Assembly: GCA_964573615.1 (NCBI GenBank)
Contig: CAZNKD010000035.1
Coordinates: 6,394-70,393 of the forward strand
DNA from: an uncultured Desulfobacterales bacterium
GTDB lineage: Bacteria; Desulfobacterota; Dissulfuribacteria; Dissulfuribacterales; QOAL01
Reading direction: 5' to 3'
Length of the DNA: 64,000 nt
The position numbers and the translations under genes are program-made. A model generated the notes under the pieces. The model saw only the letters and a list, made by a program, of their open reading frames with translations. It did no database searches and was not told where the DNA came from. This document shows positions 40,266-49,619 of the stretch, in pieces (position 1 is the stretch's first letter; each line of letters opens with the position of its first letter).

Positions 40266-41178
40266 ATGCCCCTACAAGGGCCAGAATCTTTCGAAAGGGT
40301 ATTTTTAGCCGTGCCACCACGTTATGGGTATGGATGCTCTCTATGCTGGTCGACTCGATCCTGACCGTGGCATCGGGATCTATCCTGTCTGAAAGGCGCC
40401 TTCCTGCAGAAGCTGCAAGCTCCCTTACAACATCCTCCACAAACTGGGGCCTTCTGTGCGCCTTTAGCACCAGTTCTGCCTCGTCTGGCCGTTTCAGAAG
40501 GCCCTGTATGATATGGAGACTCTCCTCTGCTGGCGTGAGGAGCTGTTCGAAATCGAGCCTGTCCAGCCGGTCGTTCACGAAAAATCTGGTGATGGTCCGC
40601 TGTGAATGGGTGGGCAGGGGCAGGGGGCTTCCTGCCCCTTCCAAAAGTGTGTCGTGATAGGCCTGGGTGCATGGGCAGGCGGTCATGTGCTCGATCTCGA
40701 TCCCGAGCTCCATCTGTTCATCTCCCTCCCCGCGGATCAGGTGCAGGAAGACCTTCAGTGACTCCACGGACTCCTTTTGGCTCACAGGTGCCCGTCTGGC
40801 AATGGGGATGAGGCCTGAAAGGCTGATCTCGATCTTCCCGCCCCGCTGGCGGCTCAATATGCGAGAGGCCAGGGTGCGGGCAAAGGCCTTGAGATCGGGA
40901 TAGGACTCGTGATAGGAGCGGCTTACGGCCTCCTCGATCCTGGACATATGAATGCCCCTGAACTCGGCAGGAAGACAGAGATATATGGATGCATCGAAGG
41001 CGAGCCTTCCCTGGGGCAGGTCCACCCAGAGCATGTTAGACTCGATCCCCACCGTTTGGATGGGAAGAGAAAGGGCCGGTGGCTGCTCAGGCACATCGAT
41101 GCCCTCTTTCAGGACCCTTTGATGCTCCTCTATCCCTATCTCCGTGCCTGCTCCTGGAGGGCCGTTTCTCTTCTTCAT
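40264..41178 (-). CDS. GTP cyclohydrolase, FolE2/MptA (type IB) family
   Basis: ATG 41178 gives 304 aa and forms an ATGA overlap with the upstream stop. Family motifs RGIHMSRI, HMTACPCT, PTHSQRT, LLKRPDEAELV, RPQFVEDVVRE, ESIHTHNVVA. Confidence 0.85.
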   Translation of the reverse strand: MKKRNGPPGAGTEIGIEEHQRVLKEGIDVPEQPPALSLPIQTVGIESNMLWVDLPQGRLAFDASIYLCLPAEFRGIHMSRIEEAVSRSYHESYPDLKAFARTLASRILSRQRGGKIEISLSGLIPIARRAPVSQKESVESLKVFLHLIRGEGDEQMELGIEIEHMTACPCTQAYHDTLLEGAGSPLPLPTHSQRTITRFFVNDRLDRLDFEQLLTPAEESLHIIQGLLKRPDEAELVLKAHRRPQFVEDVVRELAASAGRRLSDRIDPDATVRIESTSIESIHTHNVVARLKIPFRKILALVGA

Positions 41179-42017
41179 AGCAGTCTTTTCTCCTTGAGGG
41201 CACAGAACCAGTCCTGCACGCCCTGCCACTTGCCGGCCTCTTTCGTGATGAGTGCCATGTGGTCATCCAGCCAGGAAAGGAGCCCCTGTCTCAGGGCCGC
41301 CTCCTCCTCAGAAAGCCCTCTGGCCAGCTCCACAATCCTGCCCACGAGCCCCTTCAGGGCATCGGGGCTGCACCTGGTACTACAGAGGCTGCCTGCATGG
41401 AGCCTTCTTGTGGTGGCGATCTTTGGCACAAGCTCTATCGGGGACCTGGATGCCAGGGCGATGAAAAAGAGCCAGTCCTCTCCCAACGAAAGCCCTCTGC
41501 CATGATCCGGAAAGCCACCCGCCTCCAGAAATGTCTCTTTTCGGATGGCAAATGAAGAGGGCATGATATAGCACCACTTGAAGAGCAGCTCCAGGGCCCT
41601 TCCCTCCTCGATCTGCCGGCACAGCTCGTGGTCCGGCACCTCGAAGAGCGTGCCCGTGGCCATGTCTATGTTCTGGGTGATGCAAAAGGCGGCTTCCGCC
41701 CTGTCCAGGGCCTTTGAGAGGATGTCTGCATGGTCCTGGTGCCAGAGGTCGTCGGAGTCAAGGAACATGACGACCTCTCCACCGGCGGCCTCGACTCCCG
41801 CATTCCTGGCCGGGCCAGGGCCAAGGCCGCCGGTAGTTACGAGTGTGACCTCAGGAAAGAGGGCCCGGATCTCCTGGTCCGTGCCATCCCTCGAGCCATC
41901 ATCGACCACGATGATCTCCAGGGGGTCTGCCATCTCCTGGGCAAGCACGCTTCTTACCGCCTGGACGGTCATCTCCTTCCGGTCCCTGGTGGGTATGATG
42001 CAGGATATGGTAGGCAT
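41175..42017 (-). CDS. family 2 glycosyltransferase
   Basis: ATG 42017 gives 280 aa. GT-A motifs SCIIPTRDR, IIVVDDGSRDGT, MFLDSDDLW. Confidence 0.85.
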   Translation of the reverse strand: MPTISCIIPTRDRKEMTVQAVRSVLAQEMADPLEIIVVDDGSRDGTDQEIRALFPEVTLVTTGGLGPGPARNAGVEAAGGEVVMFLDSDDLWHQDHADILSKALDRAEAAFCITQNIDMATGTLFEVPDHELCRQIEEGRALELLFKWCYIMPSSFAIRKETFLEAGGFPDHGRGLSLGEDWLFFIALASRSPIELVPKIATTRRLHAGSLCSTRCSPDALKGLVGRIVELARGLSEEEAALRQGLLSWLDDHMALITKEAGKWQGVQDWFCALKEKRLL

Positions 42018-42034
42018 GGCGGTCACTTCGGTCC

Positions 42035-42793
42035 CTATGCGTTCGACTCTTGTCTGCCAGGCGGAAAGACCTCGGCGGCATCCCTGTGCCGTCCTTCCAG
42101 GATATGCTCTATGTAGGCCCTGACCCTGGGGATCATGTGATCGAGATAAGCCCCTATCTCCTTTTCCGTGGCACTGGTCTTGGTCTGGCAGAAGAGGCAT
42201 TTTCTCTCTCCTCCGCCTGTGGAGGGCAGGCCAAAGTCCTCCAGCAGGTGCCTTACCACATCCTCTGATGAGAATTCATCATAGACCGGAAACGCCGTGG
42301 TGACACCGAAGCCCTCTGAAAGGGCGGCCACCTTCTCCATGAAGACCCGGGTCTGTTCTGGATAGAATGACTGGCGCCTGGCATAGCCGGCAAGGATAAG
42401 GGGGACATAGTTCTGAACAGAGTATATGATGGCCTTGGTATGCATGGCCAGCTTGCAAGCCACACAGACCAGGTTCTTGCCACCGAACATTGGCATCAGC
42501 TCCTCGTACATGTCTAGCCACAGGCCCTGAAACAGCCGGCCGCAATCGAGCTCCACCAGATGGCTCTCCGGAAACTCCTCTGGCCTGGTGCTCTGGCCTC
42601 GGAGGATCCTTTCAGCCACCTGAAGCCTGGTGGCAGGGAAGTCCGGGAAGCGGCCCATGCCGTTCAGCATATGGAGGAGATGGACCCGTTTGGGCCTCGG
42701 GATCGCCGGGAAGTTTCCAAGGGCGGAAAGGGCATAGAGGGCCAGAGAGTCGCGTCCGCCTGAGTAGAGTATCGCCAAGTCCTGTCTGTCCAT
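42035..42793 (-). CDS. PP-loop (adenine nucleotide alpha-hydrolase superfamily) ATPase, specific function unknown
   Basis: 252 aa. N-terminal PP-loop AILYSGGRDSLAL plus two CxxC pairs (CVAC, CLFC). RBS AGGAG lies within the end of the upstream gene. Confidence 0.7.
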   Translation of the reverse strand: MDRQDLAILYSGGRDSLALYALSALGNFPAIPRPKRVHLLHMLNGMGRFPDFPATRLQVAERILRGQSTRPEEFPESHLVELDCGRLFQGLWLDMYEELMPMFGGKNLVCVACKLAMHTKAIIYSVQNYVPLILAGYARRQSFYPEQTRVFMEKVAALSEGFGVTTAFPVYDEFSSEDVVRHLLEDFGLPSTGGGERKCLFCQTKTSATEKEIGAYLDHMIPRVRAYIEHILEGRHRDAAEVFPPGRQESNA

Positions 42794-42802
42794 TTTTTCT
42801 GT

Positions 42803-43462
42803 TCACTCCTGCTCCTGCATGCCGTAGTCCACGGCATAACGGATAAATATCTCGCCAGACTCCAGGCTGACCTTGCACTCAAGTGGCCTGAGTCCTATGG
42901 AGGGCCTGCCAAGGGGTTCAGGCCCTTCGACCAGGCTGGAGACAGAAGAGGCACCGATTATCTCAGGGCATATAGTGACGAGGAGCTCATGGACCACCGC
43001 CTGGCTAAGGGCCTCGTAGTTCAGGGCGGATCCCCCCTCGATCAGCAGGCTCTCAACACCCCGTTCCGAAAGATGCTCCATGACCTCTCTGAGGTCGAGC
43101 CGTCCCGGCCCCATGTAACCTATCGGTATGATCTCTGCCCGTTGGCCCAGGGCCTGTTCAAGTGCCGGGCCTGCCTGCCTGGATGTGAATATCAAGGGCC
43201 TTGGCCCGCGGCTGAAAAGGGGCTGGTCCTCTGTCGGAATCCGGCCCGAGGCGGTTATTACCGCCCTTGTCCGCCCATCCAGTGTCCTGCCGCCTGGCCC
43301 AAGCATCTGGACCGGCCCCTGGCGCAGGGTGCCTGCCCCGATGAGGCTTGCATCAGTGTCTTCCCTCATCCGCTCCAGAAAGGCCCTGTCAACGGCACTT
43401 CCTTTGAAACCTTGGCCAATGCGGCCGCACACGGATGCGGCAGCAATTATGGATACCTTCAT
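42803..43462 (-). CDS. stand-alone RibD C-terminal-type (DHFR-fold) NAD(P)H reductase
   Basis: ATG 43462 gives 219 aa. Motifs SVCGRIG, DASLIGAGTLR, RAVITASGRIP, SLLIEGGSALN, VHELLVTICPEIIG. No deaminase domain. Confidence 0.8.
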   Translation of the reverse strand: MKVSIIAAASVCGRIGQGFKGSAVDRAFLERMREDTDASLIGAGTLRQGPVQMLGPGGRTLDGRTRAVITASGRIPTEDQPLFSRGPRPLIFTSRQAGPALEQALGQRAEIIPIGYMGPGRLDLREVMEHLSERGVESLLIEGGSALNYEALSQAVVHELLVTICPEIIGASSVSSLVEGPEPLGRPSIGLRPLECKVSLESGEIFIRYAVDYGMQEQE

Positions 43463-43713
43463 TACTATTACAGATACCACCTTGGCCTGAAAAAATACAG
43501 CGGCCCGATGATGTCGGGCCCCATTTGGCAAAGCGCACTTGTCAACTTCTGCCTTTGATGTTACAAAGACGGCCACTTGAAGCAGTGAAATATACACGTC
43601 CCACAGGCCTTGTGGTGCTGTCGCAATACGGGCGGCAGTAAATGGGGTCTATTTGCGCAGAGTCTCTGTGCTGAGGGACGGAAGAAAAACCACAAAAGAC
43701 GGAGGTAGCAGAA

Positions 43714-44565
43714 GTGGCTTATGTAACGATGAAGCAGTTGCTGGAGGCCGGTGTCCACTTCGGTCATCAGACCAGGCGCTGGAATCCCAAGATGAAACCC
43801 TACATCTTCGGGGCCAGGAATGGGATCTACATCATAGATCTCCAGAAGACCGTGAAGATGTTCAAGGTGGCCTATGAGTTCGTCATGGAGACTGCGGCCA
43901 ATGGAGGCGAGGTCCTTTTCGTAGGTACCAAGAAGCAGGCCCAGGAGTCCATCTACGAAGAGGCCACGAGGGCCGGCATGCCCTATGTCAACCACCGCTG
44001 GCTCGGCGGAATGCTCACCAATTACAAGACCATCAAGAAGAGTATCGACAAGCTCAAGAAGCTTGAGGCCATGTTCGAGGATGGCACCATCGAGCGTTTT
44101 CCAAAAAAGGAGATACTCAAGATGGAGAGGCTGCGCCAGAAACTGGAGCGCAACCTCGGCGGCATCAAGGACATGAATGGCCTGCCGGCAGCCCTCTATG
44201 TGGTGGATGCCAAGTATGAGCAGATCGCGGTCAAGGAGGCCAACAAGCTCGGTATCCCCGTTGTGGCCATAGTGGATACCAACTGCGATCCCGATGGAAT
44301 AGACTACATCATCCCAGGAAACGATGACGCCATCAGGGCCATCAGGCTGCTGACCTCTCTGCTGGCAAACGCCTGCATAAAGGGCAGGGAGCTTTACGAG
44401 GAGGCCAAGCAGGCCGAGAGCGACAAGGAGCTGGAGGAGGCCAGCGCCGAGCAGGCAGAGAAGGAGGCCACGGAAGAGGCAGCAGAAGAGGCTGCCGAGG
44501 CCCCGCCTGTCCAGGCTGAGGCTGTATCAGAGCCGGCCAAGGAGGGCGCTGAAAGCGCTGTATAA
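43714..44565 (+). CDS. rpsB: 30S ribosomal protein S2
   Basis: 283 aa with a GTG start after GGAGG. Contains [15 protein letters not shown] and an acidic C-terminal tail. Confidence 0.96.
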   Translation: MAYVTMKQLLEAGVHFGHQTRRWNPKMKPYIFGARNGIYIIDLQKTVKMFKVAYEFVMETAANGGEVLFVGTKKQAQESIYEEATRAGMPYVNHRWLGGMLTNYKTIKKSIDKLKKLEAMFEDGTIERFPKKEILKMERLRQKLERNLGGIKDMNGLPAALYVVDAKYEQIAVKEANKLGIPVVAIVDTNCDPDGIDYIIPGNDDAIRAIRLLTSLLANACIKGRELYEEAKQAESDKELEEASAEQAEKEATEEAAEEAAEAPPVQAEAVSEPAKEGAESAV

Positions 44566-44793
44566 AGCGGCTATCTTTTTCGAGCCCTGTCGAGTTCAAT
44601 GATGGGGCCAGGGCCCGCGTATCGGAATCGGGCCCGGCCCTTCCTGTTCCGGCTGATCCACTCCTCTGCCAACATGCAGCAGTGACGGGTCGGCCGGATC
44701 ACATGTTTTTATCGAATCTCATAACCATCGACTATCCAGAGCAGTATCTAGTCTGATCTAAGGATATCCATTCAATCAGGAGGTAACAGGAAA

Positions 44794-45393
44794 ATGGCAA
44801 ATATAACCGCTGCAATGGTCAAGGAGCTGAGAGAGAGGACCAATGCAGGAATGATGGATTGCAAAAAGGCCCTGCAGGAGTGTGACGGCGACATGGAAAA
44901 GGCCGTGGAGTTCTTGAGGAAAAAGGGCCTTGCCGTGGCTGCAAAGCGTGCAGGCAGAGCCACTTCGGAGGGCACCATCCAGTGCTATATCCATGCCGGC
45001 AACAAGCTGGGCGTCATGGTGGAGGTCAACTGTGAGACGGACTTCGTGGCCAAGACGGATCAGTTCATCCAGTTTGCAAAGGATGTGGCCATGCATATCG
45101 CAGCCACCAACCCCCTCTGTATCACAAGGGAGCAGGCGCCCCAGGACGTGATAGAAAAGGAGCGCGAGATCTATCGCCAGCAGGCTCTGGAGCAGGGCAA
45201 ACCCGAGAACATCGTGGACAAGATCGTGGACGGCAGGATAGAGAAGTTCCTCAAGGAGGTCTGCCTGATGGAGCAGCCCTTTGTGAAGAACCCGGATCTC
45301 ACCATCCAGGACCTCTTGAACGAGCTGATAGGAAAGATGGGTGAGAACATCACCATCAGGCGTTTTGCCAGGTTCCAGGTGGGCGAGGAGTAA
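44794..45393 (+). CDS. tsf: elongation factor Ts (short form)
   Basis: 199 aa. N-terminal UBA-like [19 protein letters not shown], plus [12 protein letters not shown]. Confidence 0.95.
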   Translation: MANITAAMVKELRERTNAGMMDCKKALQECDGDMEKAVEFLRKKGLAVAAKRAGRATSEGTIQCYIHAGNKLGVMVEVNCETDFVAKTDQFIQFAKDVAMHIAATNPLCITREQAPQDVIEKEREIYRQQALEQGKPENIVDKIVDGRIEKFLKEVCLMEQPFVKNPDLTIQDLLNELIGKMGENITIRRFARFQVGEE

Positions 45394-45431
45394 GATCGGG
45401 TCGGCGGCCTTGAAGAGTCGGGGAGATAGCC

Positions 45432-46160
45432 ATGTCCGGCAGTGAAACACTGGCCTACAGACGGGTGCTGTTGAAGCTCAGCGGCGAGGCCCTCATGGGC
45501 AAGCAGGCCTACGGGATATCGCCGGAGATGATGGCCGAGATAGCGGGCGAGCTTGCCCAGTGTCAGAAGATGGGTGCTGAGCTCGCCTTGGTGGTGGGCG
45601 GGGGCAATATCTTCAGGGGTGTTTCGGGTGCAGCCCACGGTATGGACCGGGCGGCAGCGGACCAGATGGGAATGCTGGCGACGGTGATAAACGCCCTGGC
45701 CCTTCAGGATGCCCTCGAGCGCCAGAAGGCCCCCACCAGGGTCATGTCTGCGGTTGAGGTGGGCAAGATGGCAGAGCCCTTCATCAGGAGGCGCGCCCTT
45801 TCGCATCTGGCCAAAAAGAGGATCGTCATCTTTGCCGCAGGCACCGGCAATCCCTTCTTCACCACCGATACGGCCTCGGCCCTCCGTGCCCTGGAGGTCA
45901 AGGCCGAGATCCTGTTCAAGGCCACCAAGGTGGATGGCATCTACGACAAGGACCCGGTCAAGTATCCGGATGCCCGCAGGTTCGACAGGCTGACCTATCA
46001 GCAGGTGCTGGACATGGGCCTTCAGGTCATGGATGCCGCTGCCGTCTCCCTGGCCCAGGAATCGGGCCTGCCGGTAATGGTCTTCGATATGCTGAAGCCC
46101 GGAAACATCATAAGGGCACTGAAGGGTGAACAGATAGGTACTGTGGTGACCGCCTCCTGA
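45432..46160 (+). CDS. pyrH: UMP kinase
   Basis: 242 aa with [21 protein letters not shown] and [14 protein letters not shown]. Confidence 0.95.
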   Translation: MSGSETLAYRRVLLKLSGEALMGKQAYGISPEMMAEIAGELAQCQKMGAELALVVGGGNIFRGVSGAAHGMDRAAADQMGMLATVINALALQDALERQKAPTRVMSAVEVGKMAEPFIRRRALSHLAKKRIVIFAAGTGNPFFTTDTASALRALEVKAEILFKATKVDGIYDKDPVKYPDARRFDRLTYQQVLDMGLQVMDAAAVSLAQESGLPVMVFDMLKPGNIIRALKGEQIGTVVTAS

Positions 46161-46296
46161 AAAGGGGCAGTCTCAGATCCACTCTCAGGGTGCCTTGCAA
46201 AAAGGGCCTGGATCGACCCTGGCCCTGGCATCACAGTTAGAAAGCGGTAGTGTCCTGAGTCGTCAAGTCCGATCCAAATATGAAAGAGGTGGAGTC

Positions 46297-46854
46297 ATGA
46301 AGAGTCCGGTAGTTACAGAAGCAGGCAAGAAGATGGACAAGGCCATCGCCGCCTTTGAGCGCGATCTCAAGCATGTGCGCACCGGCAGGGCAAGCGCCGC
46401 CCTGCTCGACGGCATAACGGTGGATTACTACGGCACCCAGATGCCACTGAACCAGGTTGCCTCCATCTCGGTGCCGGAAAGCAGCACCATAACCGTACAG
46501 CCCTGGGACAACAATATCCTCGGAGACATTGAGAAGGCGATCCTGGCCTCGGATCTCGGCCTTACCCCGTCAAACGATGGAAAGCTCATCAGGGTGTCTG
46601 TGCCGCCGCTTACAGAGGAGCGCCGCAAGGAGCTGGTGAAGCTTGTAAAGAAGATGGCAGAGGAGTGCAGGGTGGCCATTCGCAACTGCCGCAGGGATGC
46701 CATGGACAAGCTCAAGAAACAGAAAAAAGGCAAGGAGATCTCCGAAGACGACATGCACCGGCTCCAGGACGAGGTGCAGAAGATCACCGATGAGCATATC
46801 AAGAAGGTGGATGAGATCCTGAAGTCCAAGGAAAAGGAAATAATGGAGTTTTAA
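46297..46854 (+). CDS. frr: ribosome recycling factor
   Basis: ATG 46297 follows GAAAGAGGTGGAG and gives 185 aa. Motifs RTGRASAALLD, PPLTEERRKELVK. Confidence 0.95.
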   Translation: MKSPVVTEAGKKMDKAIAAFERDLKHVRTGRASAALLDGITVDYYGTQMPLNQVASISVPESSTITVQPWDNNILGDIEKAILASDLGLTPSNDGKLIRVSVPPLTEERRKELVKLVKKMAEECRVAIRNCRRDAMDKLKKQKKGKEISEDDMHRLQDEVQKITDEHIKKVDEILKSKEKEIMEF

Positions 46855-46863
46855 GGAAGCGCC

Positions 46864-47622
46864 GTGGCCTCTGATTCCGCAAATCAACTGGACAAGTCGC
46901 GTCTGCCAAGGCATGTTGCCATAATCATGGATGGCAACGGCCGCTGGGCCAGAAAGCGTTTTCTGCCCAGGATAATGGGCCATAGACAGGGCGCCAAGAC
47001 CGTTAAGGAGATAGTTACCGCAGCCCGCGAGCTTGGTATCGGCTACCTCACCCTATACGCCTTTTCCACCGAGAACTGGAACCGGCCGAAAGAGGAGGTC
47101 AATGCCCTGATGGACCTGCTCTACGAATATCTGCTCAAGGAGGCGGCGGAACTGCTGGGCAACAGGATCAGGCTCAATGCCGTGGGCGAGCTCCATCGGC
47201 TGCCTGACAAGGTGCTTCGCTGCCTTGAACAGACCATGAGGGACACGGCCGACAACAGCGAGATGGTGCTCACGCTTGCCCTCAGCTATGGAGGCAGGCA
47301 GGAGATCGTGGATGCGGCAAGGCGTTTTGCCAAGGAGTGTGTGGAGGGCAGGGCCAAACCGGAGGAGCTGGACATCGACACCTTCTCGTCCCTCCTCTGG
47401 ACCAAGCAGATGCCCGATCCAGACCTGGTAATAAGGACCAGTGGGGAGATGAGGATAAGCAACTTTCTCCTGTTTCAGGCGGCCTATTCCGAACTCTATA
47501 TCACACAGACCCTGTGGCCAGACTTCAACAGGGAGGAATTCATAAAGGCGCTCCTTGACTATCAGGCACGAGAGCGCCGTTTCGGCATGACCAGCGAACA
47601 GCTCCTTTGTGAAAATGCATAG
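46864..47622 (+). CDS. uppS: undecaprenyl-diphosphate synthase (cis-isoprenyl transferase)
   Basis: 252 aa with a GTG start. Motifs HVAIIMDGNGRWA, FSTENWNRP, IRTSGEMRISNFLL. Confidence 0.93.
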   Translation: MASDSANQLDKSRLPRHVAIIMDGNGRWARKRFLPRIMGHRQGAKTVKEIVTAARELGIGYLTLYAFSTENWNRPKEEVNALMDLLYEYLLKEAAELLGNRIRLNAVGELHRLPDKVLRCLEQTMRDTADNSEMVLTLALSYGGRQEIVDAARRFAKECVEGRAKPEELDIDTFSSLLWTKQMPDPDLVIRTSGEMRISNFLLFQAAYSELYITQTLWPDFNREEFIKALLDYQARERRFGMTSEQLLCENA

Positions 47623-48439
47623 AGACAGGCTCATCACTGCCGCCATAGCAGGGCCTCTGGTCCTGGCGGCGGTCATCTGGGGAGACCGCCTGGTCTATCA
47701 CGCCCTTATCTTCCTGGCCTGCCTCCTAACCCTGTTCGAATACTACTCCATGACCTTCAAGACCCAGGCCTTTCTCAAGTTTACCGGCATATCCGCAGGG
47801 CTTCTGGTACTGGCCTCCATAGTCTATCTGGCCGATCCTGCCGGGCTGGCCCTGGGTTTCACCCTTGCCCTCATGGTCATACTGGCAGGGGTGATCTCTG
47901 CCTATCAGGGGATAGAAAGCCCGTTTCATGCAGTGCTGGCCCTCTTTTTTGGCGCCCTCTACATTGGCGGAACCCTCGGCCTCATCGGCCTTCTTCGTCA
48001 GGAGCCCTTCGGTATCCAGTGGGTGCTGTTTCTCTTCCTGACCGTGGCGGCGGCTGACAGCGGCGCATACTATGTGGGAAAGAGCGTGGGAAGACGCAAG
48101 CTCTGCCCGGCCATCAGCAAGGGAAAGACCGTGGAGGGGGCAGTTGGGGGGCTTGCCTTCTGTGCCTTAACGGCAGTGGTCTTCTGGATAGGATTTTTCA
48201 GGCAGGCAGATCCGCGGGCCCTGATCCCCCTGGCCATACTCCTTGGCCTTGTGAGCCAGATGGGGGATCTGGCCGAGTCCATAGTCAAGCGCAGCTGCGG
48301 GGTAAAGGACTCGGGCAAGCTGCTTCCGGGCCACGGAGGGATCTTTGACAGGATAGACGGGCTCATTCTGAGTGGAGCGCTCCTCTACTGGGTGGTCCAT
48401 CTCTTTTCAGCCTTTCTCATAAATGGGACGATAACTTAA
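47609..48439 (+). CDS. cdsA: phosphatidate cytidylyltransferase
   Basis: 276 aa, polytopic. Signature SIVKRSCGVKDSGKLLPGHGGIFDRIDG. Confidence 0.92.
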   Translation: MKMHRDRLITAAIAGPLVLAAVIWGDRLVYHALIFLACLLTLFEYYSMTFKTQAFLKFTGISAGLLVLASIVYLADPAGLALGFTLALMVILAGVISAYQGIESPFHAVLALFFGALYIGGTLGLIGLLRQEPFGIQWVLFLFLTVAAADSGAYYVGKSVGRRKLCPAISKGKTVEGAVGGLAFCALTAVVFWIGFFRQADPRALIPLAILLGLVSQMGDLAESIVKRSCGVKDSGKLLPGHGGIFDRIDGLILSGALLYWVVHLFSAFLINGTIT

Positions 48440-48443
48440 GATC

Positions 48444-49619
48444 ATGACCAGAAAAATTTCAGTACTCGGCTCCACAGGCTCCATCGGAAAGAGCGTCGCG
48501 GACATCGTGCGCCGTAGTGGCGGCAGGCTCCAGGTGGTAGGCCTTGCGGCAGGCCGCAATGTGGAACTCCTGGCAGAGCAGATCCAGGAGTTCAGGCCAA
48601 TCAAGGTGGCGGTGTTTGCCCAGGATCTGGCCCAGCAGCTGACAGGGCTGATCGCAGATGTGCCGGATCCGCCCGAGATCCTCTTTGGCAAGGAGGGCTA
48701 CAAGGCCCTGGCCTCCATGGAGGAGGCGGATCTTGTGGTCTCCTCCATGGTGGGGGCGGCCGGTCTCATCCCCACCATTGCCGCCATAGAGGCCGGAAAG
48801 GATGTGGCCCTTGCCAACAAGGAGACCCTGGTTGCCGCAGGCCCCCTGGTCATGCGTATGGTCGGGGAAAAGGGCGTGAGGCTCCTTCCCATCGACAGTG
48901 AACATTCGGCCATATTCCAGTGCCTTCAGGGATATCGCCCTGAGCAGGTGAGAAAGATCATTCTCACTGCCTCTGGAGGCCCATTCAGGCAGAGGGCCGG
49001 TCAGGACCTTTCTGCCATAACACCCGAAGAGGCGGTGGCCCACCCCAACTGGTCGATGGGGGCCAAGATCTCGGTGGATTCATCCACCCTCATGAACAAG
49101 GGGCTCGAGGTCATAGAGGCCAGGTGGCTCTTCGATGTGCCGCCAGAGCGCATCCAGGTGGCGGTCCATCCCCAGAGCATAATCCACTCCATGGTGGAGT
49201 TCGTGGATGGCTCCATACTGGCCCAGATGGGCATTCCCGACATGAGGGTGCCCATCTCCTATGCGCTCATGTGGCCAGAACGCCTGGAGCTGGATCTGCC
49301 CCCTCTCGATCTGTTTTCAATGGGCGGGCTCACCTTCGAGCCGCCGGATCTCGACGCGTTCCCCTGTCTCAGGCTGGCCTTCATGGCCCTTGAGATGGGC
49401 GGCACAGCCACCACAGTGCTGAATGCCGCAAACGAGGTGGCCGTGGAGGCCTTTCTCCAGAGACGCATCCCCTATCTGGCCATCCCGGAGATAATAGAAA
49501 GGGTCCTTTCCGACGTCTCTCCGCAGGAGATGGAGGGCCTGGATCAGGTGCTCCAGGATGATGCCCTGGCCAGGCTCAAGGCTGAGCAGTACGTGCAGGA
49601 ACTGGAGGTGGCCAAATGA
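48444..49619 (+). CDS. dxr: 1-deoxy-D-xylulose 5-phosphate reductoisomerase
   Basis: 391 aa with VLGSTGSIG, LANKETLV, DSEHSAIFQC and NKGLEVIEA. Confidence 0.96.
   Translation: MTRKISVLGSTGSIGKSVADIVRRSGGRLQVVGLAAGRNVELLAEQIQEFRPIKVAVFAQDLAQQLTGLIADVPDPPEILFGKEGYKALASMEEADLVVSSMVGAAGLIPTIAAIEAGKDVALANKETLVAAGPLVMRMVGEKGVRLLPIDSEHSAIFQCLQGYRPEQVRKIILTASGGPFRQRAGQDLSAITPEEAVAHPNWSMGAKISVDSSTLMNKGLEVIEARWLFDVPPERIQVAVHPQSIIHSMVEFVDGSILAQMGIPDMRVPISYALMWPERLELDLPPLDLFSMGGLTFEPPDLDAFPCLRLAFMALEMGGTATTVLNAANEVAVEAFLQRRIPYLAIPEIIERVLSDVSPQEMEGLDQVLQDDALARLKAEQYVQELEVAK

Noticed and set aside
39438-43713. A tRNA-Pro-adjacent genomic island containing the FolE2 cluster
   Set aside because: I saw no integrase or recombinase, no direct repeat of the tRNA 3' end by eye, and no obvious compositional break. 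The flanks are core genes (eno, rpsB). The cluster looks chromosomal rather than mobile.
44566-44793. Long (228-nt) rpsB-tsf spacer with a GGGCCCG/CGGGCCC hairpin as a possible ncRNA
   Set aside because: rpsB-tsf spacers are commonly long and structured. The hairpin has no U-tract, and I saw no promoter-like element or other ncRNA signature.
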